Shown here piece by piece: positions 16,651 to 27,544 of a DNA stretch of 64,000 bases. The position numbers and the translations under genes were made by a program. The notes beneath the pieces were generated by a model that did no database searches, was not told the DNA's origin, and saw only the letters and a list, made by a program, of their open reading frames with translations. Positions within the stretch are counted from its first letter, which is position 1. Each line of letters begins with the position of its first letter. The DNA lies in assembly GCA_017560765.1 (NCBI GenBank), contig JAFZEI010000028.1, positions 361 to 64,360 of the forward strand. The letters are read 5' to 3'. This DNA is from Clostridia bacterium. Its GTDB lineage: Bacteria; Bacillota; Clostridia; UBA1212; UBA1255.

Positions 16651-17778
16651 TTCATTACAAATCTTGCGGTATTTGTTAAGAATCGCATCATTTTTACCTG
16701 ATGTTCTTATAGCTTTTATCATAAGATTTTTCGGCGTATCTATAGGCGAAATATATTCTAACATTGATACATCATATCCGTGACCTTCTAAATACATGGT
16801 GCGGAGTCCATCTGTGAGACTATCTGCAATACGAGCTTTAAGAATACCATATTTTAGAATATCTTCAAAGCCTTCCATATGGTATTGAGAATTCATTTCT
16901 TTGTGGCAACAAGGAACGCAAACAATAGATGCAACCTTGTGATCAAGAGCAAATCTAAGAGCTTTATCTGTTGCTGTATCACATGCATGCAATGTCAGCA
17001 GCATGTCATATTGACAATCAGGTTCGTATGCGCCTATATCTGTTTCTATAAATTGCATATTATTATAATGTAGTTGCTTTGCAATTCTTGCAGACTCGGC
17101 AATAACAGCACCGTTATAATCAAGGCCTGTGAAATAACAATTTTTACCCAAAACTTCCTTAATATAGTAGTTAAGCGCAAAAGAAAGATAAGACTTTCCG
17201 CAGCCACAATCAACAATACGAATTTGTTTTTTGTTTGAACATAATTTGCGCAGCATAGGATCAACAAGCTCAACGAAATGGTCGATTTGATTATACTTAC
17301 GAATTTTATCATTGCGAATTTTACCATTTTTTGCCAATATGCCTATTGCCTCCAATAATTCTGCCGCTCTGTCAGGTTTAATGAAATATTCTCTGTCGCT
17401 CATTACTGCTGAGGCAGAAGCGTTGGCTGCTTTTTCCTCATTTACCTGTAAATCCTTTGTTTGAGAGCTTACATCTTTATTGTCTGCTTTAACGGTAATT
17501 TGCTTGCCGCGTTCTGAATATACAAAAAGCATAGAATCAAACTCAGGTATTGTCTTTTTGACGAAATCACGCACATCTAAGAAACTGCCCTTATAACTGT
17601 TCCCCATAAAATTATAAGAAAGCAATCCCCCCTCTGCTTGTTCTATATGTGCAGAATACTTCTTGTTTCCCGAAACAAAATCAACATCTATATATAGGAA
17701 GAAATCCTTGCCATCCTCATATCTTCCCTGCATTCCCATAAGGAATAAATCTACCTTATCTGCTGTTTGTCTATTCAT
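16621..17778 (-). CDS. Class I SAM-dependent methyltransferase.
   Basis: Motif I IVDCGCGKSY; motif post-I DYNGAVIAESARIAKQL. Confidence 0.6.
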   Translation of the reverse strand: MNRQTADKVDLFLMGMQGRYEDGKDFFLYIDVDFVSGNKKYSAHIEQAEGGLLSYNFMGNSYKGSFLDVRDFVKKTIPEFDSMLFVYSERGKQITVKADNKDVSSQTKDLQVNEEKAANASASAVMSDREYFIKPDRAAELLEAIGILAKNGKIRNDKIRKYNQIDHFVELVDPMLRKLCSNKKQIRIVDCGCGKSYLSFALNYYIKEVLGKNCYFTGLDYNGAVIAESARIAKQLHYNNMQFIETDIGAYEPDCQYDMLLTLHACDTATDKALRFALDHKVASIVCVPCCHKEMNSQYHMEGFEDILKYGILKARIADSLTDGLRTMYLEGHGYDVSMLEYISPIDTPKNLMIKAIRTSGKNDAILNKYRKICNELGVKLSIGG

Positions 17779-18530
17779 TGTAACCGTTCTCCTTTATCTG
17801 TGATAATACTGTCTTTTTCTTGCTGTGTCATCTCTCTGTATTGGCCTTTCTCCAGCGATTTATCAAGCCATACATCTCCGATTTTTATACGTTTTAAATA
17901 TAAGACTTTATTATCTCTTGCCAAAAACATTCTTTTAACTTGATGAAATTTACCCTCATGAATTGTAACAAGAGCTCCGTAGCCTTGCTCTTCTGTTGTT
18001 TTAGCTTCTTCTAATTTAGCTGTTCTGCACACTGTACCGTCTGCAAGTACAATGCCTTTACTGAAAGCCTCTATATCCGTTGCAGAAATCGCCTTCTCAA
18101 GCAGACAAAAATATACCTTATCTACATGTTTATTAGGAGAAATAACCTTATGAATATATTCTCCGTCATTAGTCAAAATCAAAAAACCTTCGCTATCCTT
18201 ATCGAGTCTGCCAGCCGGAGAAACGCCATAATGACCATACTCCTCTGCTACTAAATCAGCGGCTGTGACAGCTCCTCTTGCATCCTCAGACGCAGAAAGA
18301 ACACCGGCCGGTTTATTCATCATTATATATACATACGGCTTATATTCCACTACCTCATTAAATACAACGACGGAATCCTCTTCTTCGTTTATTTGCATGC
18401 CTGAATCACCGGCAATTTTACCATTAACCGTAACAGCGCCTGCTGATACAAACTTTTTAACTTCTTTGCGTGTACCTACGCCCATATTTGCCAAAAAGCG
18501 ATCAAGACGAATCATATAAGACGCCTCCAT
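17775..18530 (-). CDS. rRNA pseudouridine synthase of the RsuA/RluB family, with an S4 domain.
   Basis: S4 RNA-binding N-terminus (RLDRFLANMGVGTRKEVKKFVSAGAVTVNG) and PseudoU_synth_2 core (GRLDKDSEGFLILTNDG). Confidence 0.8.
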   Translation of the reverse strand: MEASYMIRLDRFLANMGVGTRKEVKKFVSAGAVTVNGKIAGDSGMQINEEEDSVVVFNEVVEYKPYVYIMMNKPAGVLSASEDARGAVTAADLVAEEYGHYGVSPAGRLDKDSEGFLILTNDGEYIHKVISPNKHVDKVYFCLLEKAISATDIEAFSKGIVLADGTVCRTAKLEEAKTTEEQGYGALVTIHEGKFHQVKRMFLARDNKVLYLKRIKIGDVWLDKSLEKGQYREMTQQEKDSIITDKGERLQ

Positions 18531-19939
18531 CCTTTAGGATACATATTTTTTAACATTCCGCCATTTATTACACCCGTTCCCAAAACATATCCTTTTTCTG
18601 TTTTTCCTTTAACACCTACACAAACAGCATGCCATCCATCACCAAAATCACTTGATACGGTTATAGTCTCCCCTCTCAAATATCTTTTAACGTCCTCGCT
18701 GTCGTAAGCAAAAGTAATTTTTCTTGCAAACATATCTCCGTAAGCCATGGCAAACTGTTGTGAGGGTTTAAATTTGCAATGATTTAACTCTCCCATGTTC
18801 AAACCGATTTTGGGCACCTTGAGCCCGTCAATATCAGGTGGTACACAAGGCAAAAAATACAGTCCATCACCTGCAACGTAATAATATCCCGACGGAATAT
18901 CACCTTGCATGTTCTTTTTCCAATACGTTTTAAACTCATCGGGAGCATCTTTTAACACTTTATAGCTTTTATTATTGTTTGATTTTTTCTCACAATCGGA
19001 TTTTTTACTATTTTCTTCTTTTGCATGCGTTTTCTTTTCAAGCATTGCAGTAAAATGCCCCTCGCCTTTCAGCTTGTGTGGCCACAAACGGGCAGCCTCT
19101 GACATTCCGTAAAGGCCATCAGTAATTCCGCCGCGCTTTTCAAGAGGTAAAAGCTCGTACTCCGGGAACTTTTCCATGAATTCTTTAATCATATATTCGT
19201 CCTCGCTGGGATCGAAAGTACACGTAGAATACAAAATATGTCCGCCCGGCTTTAACATAACGTGTGCATATTCAAGAATTTCACGTTGCATTCCGGCACA
19301 TACTTCTGTCTTAAATTTACCCCAACTTTTTACTGCTTCGTTATCTTTACGGAACATTCCCTCTCCGGAACACGGTGCATCTACTAAAATTTTGTCAAAA
19401 TATCCATTAAATTTTTTTGCCAATCTCTCCGGAGACTCATTTGTGACAATAACATTCCTTACACCGGCCAACTCCAAATTATAAATAAGAGCTTTAACTC
19501 TCTCCTGACTTATATCATTTGCCACAAGCAAACCCTCTCCGGATAGTTTTACACCAAGTTTTGTACTTTTGCCTCCCGGGGCTGCACATAGGTCAAGTAC
19601 TTTATCCCCCGGCTTTACATCAAGCTGCTGTGCAGGATACATTGCACTCGGTTCTTGTATGTAGTAAAGCCCTGCATGATAAAAAGGCAATTTACCGGGA
19701 AGCTCCGTGTTCTCTTTCTCGAAAGGCGCATAATAGTATCCGTCATTAGTCCACGGAATTACTTTTTTAACATTAATGATTTCCCCTAAATTTTCTAAAA
19801 AATCTTCGTTTGAAATCTTCAATGTATTAACCCTCACACCGAAGGATCTCTCTTCTTCTAAAGATGCCAGGTAAAGAGAAAATTCCTCTTCACCCAGCAA
19901 ATTTACCATTTTGTCAATATATTCCTGTGGCAGTTCCAA
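18512..19939 (-). CDS. rsmF: RsmB/RsmF-family 16S rRNA m5C methyltransferase (NOL1/NOP2/Sun).
   Basis: LDLCAAPGGKST, DAPCSGEGMFRKD and TCT motifs, plus an RsmF-type C-terminal domain. Confidence 0.8.
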   Translation of the reverse strand: MELPQEYIDKMVNLLGEEEFSLYLASLEEERSFGVRVNTLKISNEDFLENLGEIINVKKVIPWTNDGYYYAPFEKENTELPGKLPFYHAGLYYIQEPSAMYPAQQLDVKPGDKVLDLCAAPGGKSTKLGVKLSGEGLLVANDISQERVKALIYNLELAGVRNVIVTNESPERLAKKFNGYFDKILVDAPCSGEGMFRKDNEAVKSWGKFKTEVCAGMQREILEYAHVMLKPGGHILYSTCTFDPSEDEYMIKEFMEKFPEYELLPLEKRGGITDGLYGMSEAARLWPHKLKGEGHFTAMLEKKTHAKEENSKKSDCEKKSNNNKSYKVLKDAPDEFKTYWKKNMQGDIPSGYYYVAGDGLYFLPCVPPDIDGLKVPKIGLNMGELNHCKFKPSQQFAMAYGDMFARKITFAYDSEDVKRYLRGETITVSSDFGDGWHAVCVGVKGKTEKGYVLGTGVINGGMLKNMYPKGWRRLI

Positions 19940-19972
19940 ATTAAATACTCCTTAATTTTATTTATTTTTATA

Positions 19973-22588
19973 TCAATACACCCGAAGCTCCGGATTTGAA
20001 CTTGTTCTGTCAACATCAACCGTAATTTGAGAATTAATCTCAATATCAGTTGACAGAATCATTCTTGCTATCATAGTCTCAACATGGCTTTGCATATACC
20101 TTTTTAAAGGACGTGCTCCGTAAATCGGATCAAAACCATGCTCTATAATATAATCTTTAGCATCATCAGTAATATAAAGCTTCAATGATTTATCAGCAAG
20201 ACGATTACTGAGTTTCTCGGCAAGTATGTCTATAATTTTTCTCATATCTTTTTTGCCTAAAGGCTTATAAAAAACAATCTCATCAAGTCTGTTTAAAAAC
20301 TCCGGTCTGAAAGTTTGTTTTAAAAGCGCTGTTACACTTTCTTTAGCCTCATCAGAAATATAACCTTTAGGAGTAAATCCGTCAAGCAAAAATTGTGAGC
20401 CAAGATTGCTCGTCAAAATAATAACAGTATTTTTAAAATCTACAGTACGTCCTTGAGAATCCGTAATACGACCATCATCAAGCACTTGAAGCAAAATATT
20501 GAATACATCGGGATGAGCCTTTTCTACTTCGTCAAAAAGGATTACGGAATATGGTTTTCTTCTCACTGCCTCAGTAAGTTGTCCTCCCTCATCATATCCT
20601 ACGTATCCGGGAGGTGCTCCTATAAGTCTTGAAACAGAAAACTTCTCCATATACTCAGTCATATCTATCCTTACCATGTTATGCTCATCATCAAAAAGAC
20701 TTTCTGCCAATGCCTTAGCCAGCTCTGTTTTGCCAACACCTGTAGGACCTAAAAACAAGAAAGAACCTATAGGTCTGTTTGGATCGCTTATTCCGGCTCT
20801 TGAACGTATAATTGCCTCTGTAACTTTCGTTACTGCCTCATCCTGGCCAACAACTCTTTTGTGAAGAATCTCATCCAAATGAAGAATCTTTTCTCGTTCA
20901 CCCTCCATAAGTTTTGCTACAGGTATACCTGTCCATCTTGCTACAATTGCTGCAATTTCTTCTTCTGTAACAGTATCCCTGACAAAGCTTGCGGCTGTTT
21001 TATCGCTTGTCGCCCTGTTTTCACTTTTCTTTTGAGCCTCCTCCAATTTCTTTTCAAGCTCCGGCAATGTTGAATATCTCAATTTTGCTGCCTTTTCATA
21101 TTCATAATTTCTCTGTGCAGCCTCAATTTCTACATTAACGCTGTCGATTTCTTCCTTAATATTTTTAACCAAGTCAATCTCTTGTTTTTCTTTTTCCCAA
21201 GAAGATTTCATCGCGTTAAATTTATCTCTGTTCTCGGCAAGCTCTTCACTTATTTTCTCGCTTCGTTCTTTAGATAATGTATCTTTTTCTTTCTTCAAGG
21301 CCATTTCTTCTATTTCAAGTTGCATAATTTTGCGACGTACATCGTCAATTTCTGCAGGCATAGAATCAATCTCAGTCCTTATCTGAGCGCAAGCCTCGTC
21401 TACCAAATCTATTGCCTTATCCGGCAAAAATCTGTCGGTTATATATCTGTCAGAAAGAGTTGCTGCAGCAATAAGTGCTCCATCATGGATTTGTACTCCG
21501 TGAAAAATTTCATATTTTTCTTTTAATCCTCTTAATATTGAAACAGTATCCTCAACATTAGGCTCGTCTATCTGCACCGGCTGAAACCGTCTCTCCAAAG
21601 CCGCATCCTTTTCTATATACTGTCTGTATTCATCCAATGTGGTAGCTCCTATACAATGAAGCTCGCCTCTTGCAAGCATAGGCTTTAATAAATTACCGGC
21701 ATCCATTGCTCCGTCAGTCTTACCGGCTCCTACAATGGTATGAAGTTCATCAATGAAAAGAATTATACTGCCCTCACTGCTTTTTACTTCGTTAAGAACA
21801 GCTTTAAGCCTCTCTTCAAATTCACCACGGAATTTTGCTCCGGCAATTAAAGCTCCCATATCAAGAGAAAAGATAGTCTTATCTTTTAATCCCTCCGGCA
21901 CATCGCCTCTTACAATTCTCTGTGCCAGGCCCTCCGCAACAGCCGTCTTACCTACACCCGGCTCACCTATTAAAACAGGATTATTCTTTGTCTTTCTTGA
22001 AAGAATTCTAATAACATTTCTAATTTCACTGTCTCTGCCTATAACAGGGTCAAGTTTACCCTGTTTTGCTCTCTCTACAAGATCAAAGCCGTATTTATTT
22101 AAGGCATCGTAAGTTTCCTCCGGATTGTCACCAGTCACACGATTAGTTTTGACTTTGTTGAGCTCTTGCTCAAAAGATTCTTTTGTTAAACCGTATTGGC
22201 GAAAAACATCCTTCAACTTTGCTGTAGGATTTGAGATACAAGCCATCATTATGTGTTCTACAGAAACATACTCATCCTTGTTTTTCTTGGCCAACTTCTC
22301 CGCATCATTTAAAATCTTATCGGTTTCTTTTGAAATATATACCTTGTCCGGCTCCCGTCCGCTGCCACTAACCTTAGGAAGTTCGGAAATAACCTTATCC
22401 ACCGATGCTAAAAAACGATCTGCATCAATGCCGAGCTTACCGAGCAAACTTGCTATCAGTCCCCCGTCCTGATCCGCAAGTGCATATACAATATGCTCCG
22501 GCATAATTTGCATATTATCATTTTCTATTGCCATACCTTGGGCATTTCTCAATGCCTCCAGTGTCTTCTGCGTAAGCTTATCTGTCAT
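19973..22588 (-). CDS. clpB: ATP-dependent chaperone ClpB.
   Basis: 871 aa with two AAA+ modules (GEPGVGKTA; GPTGVGKTE), a long coiled-coil M domain and a Clp N domain. Confidence 0.95.
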   Translation of the reverse strand: MTDKLTQKTLEALRNAQGMAIENDNMQIMPEHIVYALADQDGGLIASLLGKLGIDADRFLASVDKVISELPKVSGSGREPDKVYISKETDKILNDAEKLAKKNKDEYVSVEHIMMACISNPTAKLKDVFRQYGLTKESFEQELNKVKTNRVTGDNPEETYDALNKYGFDLVERAKQGKLDPVIGRDSEIRNVIRILSRKTKNNPVLIGEPGVGKTAVAEGLAQRIVRGDVPEGLKDKTIFSLDMGALIAGAKFRGEFEERLKAVLNEVKSSEGSIILFIDELHTIVGAGKTDGAMDAGNLLKPMLARGELHCIGATTLDEYRQYIEKDAALERRFQPVQIDEPNVEDTVSILRGLKEKYEIFHGVQIHDGALIAAATLSDRYITDRFLPDKAIDLVDEACAQIRTEIDSMPAEIDDVRRKIMQLEIEEMALKKEKDTLSKERSEKISEELAENRDKFNAMKSSWEKEKQEIDLVKNIKEEIDSVNVEIEAAQRNYEYEKAAKLRYSTLPELEKKLEEAQKKSENRATSDKTAASFVRDTVTEEEIAAIVARWTGIPVAKLMEGEREKILHLDEILHKRVVGQDEAVTKVTEAIIRSRAGISDPNRPIGSFLFLGPTGVGKTELAKALAESLFDDEHNMVRIDMTEYMEKFSVSRLIGAPPGYVGYDEGGQLTEAVRRKPYSVILFDEVEKAHPDVFNILLQVLDDGRITDSQGRTVDFKNTVIILTSNLGSQFLLDGFTPKGYISDEAKESVTALLKQTFRPEFLNRLDEIVFYKPLGKKDMRKIIDILAEKLSNRLADKSLKLYITDDAKDYIIEHGFDPIYGARPLKRYMQSHVETMIARMILSTDIEINSQITVDVDRTSSNPELRVY

Positions 22589-23232
22589 ATTAAACCAACT
22601 CCTTTGTTGTAATATTCAAGATATATCATTTCGACATCACGGGAATTGTAACTGCCGCTGACATATCCCTTAACCAATTTGTCAAAAATCTGAATATACG
22701 AAGAAATGTTATCACCAACCTCTTCGTTGGTATAATTCCTGTCCGGACAGATATTTATGCTTCTTGTAAATCTGCCGTCATAGAGTGCATAACTTATTTT
22801 TACATCATGTCTGTAGACAGACTCAATCCCGGTCCATAATCTGAAAAAATCTGTCATTGCTCTTATAAGCTCCTCGGACTGTGTCCTGAATACAACATTA
22901 AGCTCGCCTATCGTGCCTTGTTGTGGTGTCCTATACATGGATACCTCATACTTAATTGTTGGTCTGTATTTATACTCAAGGCTGCTTTTAAGCGACATCG
23001 TCATCTGATTCGGCGAAACATACGGCACAATATTCATACCGCATTGATTGATTAAATCCTCAATGCTTTTAAAAATATTGCTCACTCTCTTCTCGGGAGT
23101 CATCATGGATACATATTCTGCTAAAATTTGATTTACTAAATTGGACCTATTTGTATTTTGCTGTAAGGCTAATCTGTCAATCGCTCTTACCACATCGTCC
23201 ATCAACATAAGACTGTATAAACTTTTCTGCAT
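22585..23232 (-). CDS. Ribbon-helix-helix-domain protein with an uncharacterised ~170-aa C-terminal domain, translationally coupled to clpB.
   Basis: The N-terminal [34 protein letters not shown] stretch is a CopG/Arc-like RHH. Its stop overlaps the clpB ATG (ATGA). Confidence 0.45.
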   Translation of the reverse strand: MQKSLYSLMLMDDVVRAIDRLALQQNTNRSNLVNQILAEYVSMMTPEKRVSNIFKSIEDLINQCGMNIVPYVSPNQMTMSLKSSLEYKYRPTIKYEVSMYRTPQQGTIGELNVVFRTQSEELIRAMTDFFRLWTGIESVYRHDVKISYALYDGRFTRSINICPDRNYTNEEVGDNISSYIQIFDKLVKGYVSGSYNSRDVEMIYLEYYNKGVGLI

Positions 23233-23258
23233 ACTAAGGTGCCTCCTTTACAGCCCTT

Positions 23259-23287
23259 AGTATACCCTTGTATAAAACTTTTGTCAA
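23259..23287 (-). promoter_or_regulatory. Sigma-70 promoter (TTGACA-17-TATACT) for the RHH-clpB operon.
   Basis: Minus-strand TTGACAaaagttttatacaagggTATACT lies ~25 nt upstream of the GGAGG ribosome-binding site. Confidence 0.55.
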
Positions 23288-23306
23288 ATAATTTATATAA
23301 CTTTTA

Positions 23307-24119
23307 TTACGAGTTTTGTATATTTAAATCCCAGTTCGGTGTAAGCTTCATGTGAAGAACTCCCAGAATATCTCTAACCCAATATTCCCCAAAAAGCGGC
23401 CAAAATATATCCGAACTTATATTTTTAGCTGCATAACCGTTCTTTTCGGCAAACAAAAATCCTCTTAATGAATGAAAAGTATCCGTTACAATATACATGG
23501 TTTTCGGCAAACCTTTTTCTTTAATAATTTCTCCTGAAAACTTTATATTTTCATCTGTATTTACAGACTTTTCCTCCATAAAAATCCTTGTTTCTTCGAT
23601 TCCTCTTTCCACAAGGTAATTTTTCATAACGAATGCTTCTGAGACTTCTTCGTCCCAACCTTGTCCCCCGGAAACTATCGCTACGGAATTCGGGTGCTCG
23701 TTTAAATATTTATACGCAGCATCCAATCTGCCTGCCAAGGTAAGCGATGGTGTGGTTCCGTTTATTTTACACCCCAAAACAACGACCGTACCGCTATCTC
23801 CCGATTTATCTGCAGGATTATTAAAAAAAGCATACTTTATCATAAAAGCACTTACAAATACGCCTGTAATGAAACAAACCGCAAGTAAGCCTATTAATAT
23901 CTTTTTAGAAATATCAAAAAATTTTCTCAATCTTTTTCTTCTAATGCTGTAAGGTTTTATCAACAGCAAAAAGAGCAGTAACATTCCGTATATTATAAGC
24001 GAAATGTTGCCGGGGTTGACATGTCCGAAAAACACAAGAGGGACTATGCCACACACGAGGCAGAGCACTGAAAAAAAGCAGCAAAGTATTTTAAAAATTT
24101 TAATCAGAGAAAAAGCCAC
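23307..24119 (-). CDS. YdcF/SanA/ElyC (DUF218)-family membrane protein.
   Basis: N-terminal transmembrane helices followed by a DUF218-like domain (VVLGCKINGTTPSLTLAGRLDAAYKYL...IVSGGQG). Confidence 0.55.
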   Translation of the reverse strand: MAFSLIKIFKILCCFFSVLCLVCGIVPLVFFGHVNPGNISLIIYGMLLLFLLLIKPYSIRRKRLRKFFDISKKILIGLLAVCFITGVFVSAFMIKYAFFNNPADKSGDSGTVVVLGCKINGTTPSLTLAGRLDAAYKYLNEHPNSVAIVSGGQGWDEEVSEAFVMKNYLVERGIEETRIFMEEKSVNTDENIKFSGEIIKEKGLPKTMYIVTDTFHSLRGFLFAEKNGYAAKNISSDIFWPLFGEYWVRDILGVLHMKLTPNWDLNIQNS

Positions 24120-25287
24120 GTTGCCTCCTGGTGGAAATGCTTAAAAGTACGCCGATTGCCATATAGTTTGTAATCATGGAACTTCCTCCCTTGCTAACAA
24201 AAGGCAATGGCAATCCTGTTATTGGCATAATTCCTATATTCATGCCAATGTTTTCTATTATATTAAAAGCAAACATTGCAAAAATGCCTGCCGCAACACA
24301 CTTACCGAAAGTTTCTCTGGCTTTATATGAGATAAAAATCATTCTGCCCAGCATGACGGTCATTAAAATTACCACAATCAGGCAACCTATAAAACCGGCT
24401 TCTTCTCCTATCACAGCAAAAATAGAGTCGGACATTTTTACAGGTATTTTTTTACCCATATTCATCGTTCCCTCTCCAATTCCCTCTCCCGTCAAACGAC
24501 CTGAGCCTATTGCCATTATTGTTCTTCTGAGCTGATAAGAATAATCAAGATATTTATCAGGATCAATAAAAGATAAAAGTCTGCCGCGCCTTGCATCATT
24601 CATAGCGAATTTCCAAACAAAGGGCACCGCCAACATTCCCGTACCGATAATTGTAAAAATGTATTTCTTGTTTATACCTCCAATAAAAATTGTAACTAAA
24701 AATACAAATATAAATACCATGGATTGACCTATGTCTTTTTGCAAGAAAACTAATCCTAACGGCAATAAAAAGGAGCCGAGTATAATTGCTCCGCGCTTAA
24801 CGGTCATACCGCCTTCCTTTTCTATATATTCTATTTGTTGCGCTATAACAAGTACCATAGCAAGTTTCATAAGCTCCGATGGCTGATACGTTGTTATTCC
24901 TATGTTAATCCACGCACGACTGCCGTACTGTTCTATTCCCAAAGGTGTAAAGACGCTTAACATCATTACAACATTAAACGCATAAAACGGCCAACTGAAA
25001 ACCCTAAACAAATAATAGTCCGCAAATGAAAAGGCAATTGCAATAACAACACCTGCCGCCAATCCCACAATCTGTACCAGCATTGCACTTTTGCCGCCAT
25101 CAAGATACATATTCTCCATGGCACTTTCAAGAAAAACAAGACCTATCAAGGAAATCATTAATACTGTTCCCATGAGAAAATAATCAAATTTCGTTATATA
25201 GTCGAGTTTGCCTTTTTCCTCGATTTGCATCATGTACGGACGTTTCGTGTAAAGGCCACCTGTCCGCAAGTTGTTATTGATTTTCAT
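24100..25287 (-). CDS. SEDS-family peptidoglycan glycosyltransferase, FtsW/RodA/SpoVE-like.
   Basis: Polytopic membrane protein with conserved SEDS C-terminal motifs (PITGLPLPFVSKGGSSM). The start is probably the internal MMQIEEK. Confidence 0.8.
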   Translation of the reverse strand: MKINNNLRTGGLYTKRPYMMQIEEKGKLDYITKFDYFLMGTVLMISLIGLVFLESAMENMYLDGGKSAMLVQIVGLAAGVVIAIAFSFADYYLFRVFSWPFYAFNVVMMLSVFTPLGIEQYGSRAWINIGITTYQPSELMKLAMVLVIAQQIEYIEKEGGMTVKRGAIILGSFLLPLGLVFLQKDIGQSMVFIFVFLVTIFIGGINKKYIFTIIGTGMLAVPFVWKFAMNDARRGRLLSFIDPDKYLDYSYQLRRTIMAIGSGRLTGEGIGEGTMNMGKKIPVKMSDSIFAVIGEEAGFIGCLIVVILMTVMLGRMIFISYKARETFGKCVAAGIFAMFAFNIIENIGMNIGIMPITGLPLPFVSKGGSSMITNYMAIGVLLSISTRRQRGFFSD

Positions 25288-26272
25288 TTTCTGCGGAATT
25301 GTCCCCTTCTGCCGCTTCGTCCAGCTGCATTTTTTCTACCACACCCTCAAGGCCTCCGGCAGATTCTTCACCAAGCTCGTACGACGCTTTCTTCTGTCTT
25401 CTTTTAATGTCTGCGAACAAAGCTACACCTACAATGACCAGTACTGCAGAAAGCAATTGCGATACTCTTACACTTGTGTTTCCAATGTAAAGGCTGTCCG
25501 TTCTCAAACCTTCTACCAAAGTTCTTTCTATACCGTATAAAATCATATATAAACAAAGACTCTCGCCCTCGTGCTTTTCCCATTTTTTGCGATATATCAT
25601 CATAAATGCAAACGCTGCAAAACACCACAAGGACTCATATAAAAAGGTAGGATGCACCAAGGTGCCTACGGAATACCCTTCTACGCCTTTTGCTACTTGT
25701 GTATATACCCAGTTTTCTATTTCGTTTCCCGTCATTCCCCACGGAAGTGTGGTGTATCTTCCAAAAGCCTCTTGATTAAAGAAGTTACCCCATCTGCCTA
25801 TTGCCTGACCTAAAATTATGTAAGGCATTGCAAAACCGGCAACTCTTATAAATGATTGCTTTTTATATTTTGCCACACATAAAAGTGCAATCAAAGCTGC
25901 TATAACTCCGCCGTATACTGCCAATCCGCCTTCCCATACATACAGGGCTGTAATCGGTTCTTCAGCATAATTTTCCCATTGGAATATTACATAATAAAGT
26001 CTCGCTCCTACCATTGCAGAAGGAATTGCAAATAAAATATAATCAAGAATATCGTCTTGTGTCATGCCATGATTTTTACATGCCTTTAATCCGAGCACAA
26101 TACACAGAACTACTGCAAGGCAAATAATCAAACCATACCATTTTACTTCAAAGCTACCAAGGTTAAACACGGTATCATTTATTGGGATTCTGAGTCCCTT
26201 ATCACCAAATAATTTAGGGAATTCTACCCAACCCTTTGCCATCAAACAAATACTATTTAAAATATTACACAT
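25274..26272 (-). CDS. lgt: Prolipoprotein diacylglyceryl transferase.
   Basis: Lgt signature GRWGNFFNQEAFG and conserved transmembrane architecture. Confidence 0.9.
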   Translation of the reverse strand: MCNILNSICLMAKGWVEFPKLFGDKGLRIPINDTVFNLGSFEVKWYGLIICLAVVLCIVLGLKACKNHGMTQDDILDYILFAIPSAMVGARLYYVIFQWENYAEEPITALYVWEGGLAVYGGVIAALIALLCVAKYKKQSFIRVAGFAMPYIILGQAIGRWGNFFNQEAFGRYTTLPWGMTGNEIENWVYTQVAKGVEGYSVGTLVHPTFLYESLWCFAAFAFMMIYRKKWEKHEGESLCLYMILYGIERTLVEGLRTDSLYIGNTSVRVSQLLSAVLVIVGVALFADIKRRQKKASYELGEESAGGLEGVVEKMQLDEAAEGDNSAENENQ

Positions 26273-26277
26273 AAAGC

Positions 26278-27543
26278 TTACCTGCCTTTCGGTTCAACTA
26301 TTGTTACTACCATTTCTTTACATAACAAATCTTTAATAAAATCATTAACTTCATCTTCTGTTATTTTATCATGGGCTTCACAATAGTCAAATAAGTTATA
26401 TCCATCATTATTACAAAATACAATACTGGTTGCGAGATTTGACAAAGAGTCAAACATTCTGACATTCCAGCTTCTAAATGCTCTTCTAATGATTTGAAGC
26501 AAGTTGTTGTCGATACCCTCTTTTAATATATTTGCAATATAGTCTCGTATAGCTTTTTCTACTTTATCCGGATTATCTGTTGCACCGAAAATTCCAAAAA
26601 AGCCGTAGTTTTCAGCAATTTCATAAAATGCATAAAGAGAATATATGTCTCCGGAACGATATAATTCATCGACCAAATCAGAAGTTTGACTAAAAAGCAA
26701 TTCTACCACATAATCTCCGACTATTTTTCTTCTTAATCTTTCATCTTTGTTATACTTTGAAGGATTATCTTTAAAACCAAAAGCAAACAAATTGTAACTT
26801 GTATCCATTTTGCATACACTTCGAAGACTTGCCGGCTGTTCCGGTTCTTCAGGTTGAATTCTTTCAATTATATCATCATGATACATAGGCAAATTTACTC
26901 TATCCAATACCTTTTCTATATTTTCGACATCTACATCTCCCACTATGGTAAGGCTTGCAAATTCAGGTCGATAAAAAGCTTTATGGCATTTGTACAGTAT
27001 TTCCGGTGTAATGCTATTCACTGTTTCTTCTGTGCCGGCAATATCTATTTTAATGGGATTATTTTTATATAACAACCCCAAAAAGTTTTGTTGACATACG
27101 GCTTGAAAATCATCTCGATACATATTAATTTCTTGTATTATAATTCCTTTTTCTTTTTCTACACTTTCCGGTGTAAAAAAAGGAACAAACACTTCTTCAA
27201 ATAAAATCTCAAGATTTTCTTCAAACTTATCGACGCAATTAAAGTAATACGAAGTCATCGTCTTATTTGTAAAAGCATTACATTCTGCTCCGGTTTTCGA
27301 GAATTTTTCAAAAATATTCGTTCCCTCTTTCTCAAACATTTTATGTTCAAGAAAATGAGCTGTCCCATGAGGAACATCAATTCTTTTACCGTTATACATA
27401 AAAGCAGAATCACAGGAACCAAAATCAACAGTAATATATGCATATTTTCTGCGAAAACCCTTTTTGGGAAGAATCTGTATTTTTAATCCGGATTTATGTT
27501 TAAATTCATAAAATTTTTCATCATATAAAGAAAAACATTGCAT
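26278..27543 (-). CDS. M16-family zinc peptidase, active subunit.
   Basis: HGTAHFLEHKMF, the inverted zincin HxxEH motif. Confidence 0.8.
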   Translation of the reverse strand: MQCFSLYDEKFYEFKHKSGLKIQILPKKGFRRKYAYITVDFGSCDSAFMYNGKRIDVPHGTAHFLEHKMFEKEGTNIFEKFSKTGAECNAFTNKTMTSYYFNCVDKFEENLEILFEEVFVPFFTPESVEKEKGIIIQEINMYRDDFQAVCQQNFLGLLYKNNPIKIDIAGTEETVNSITPEILYKCHKAFYRPEFASLTIVGDVDVENIEKVLDRVNLPMYHDDIIERIQPEEPEQPASLRSVCKMDTSYNLFAFGFKDNPSKYNKDERLRRKIVGDYVVELLFSQTSDLVDELYRSGDIYSLYAFYEIAENYGFFGIFGATDNPDKVEKAIRDYIANILKEGIDNNLLQIIRRAFRSWNVRMFDSLSNLATSIVFCNNDGYNLFDYCEAHDKITEDEVNDFIKDLLCKEMVVTIVEPKGR

Positions 27544-27544
27544 T

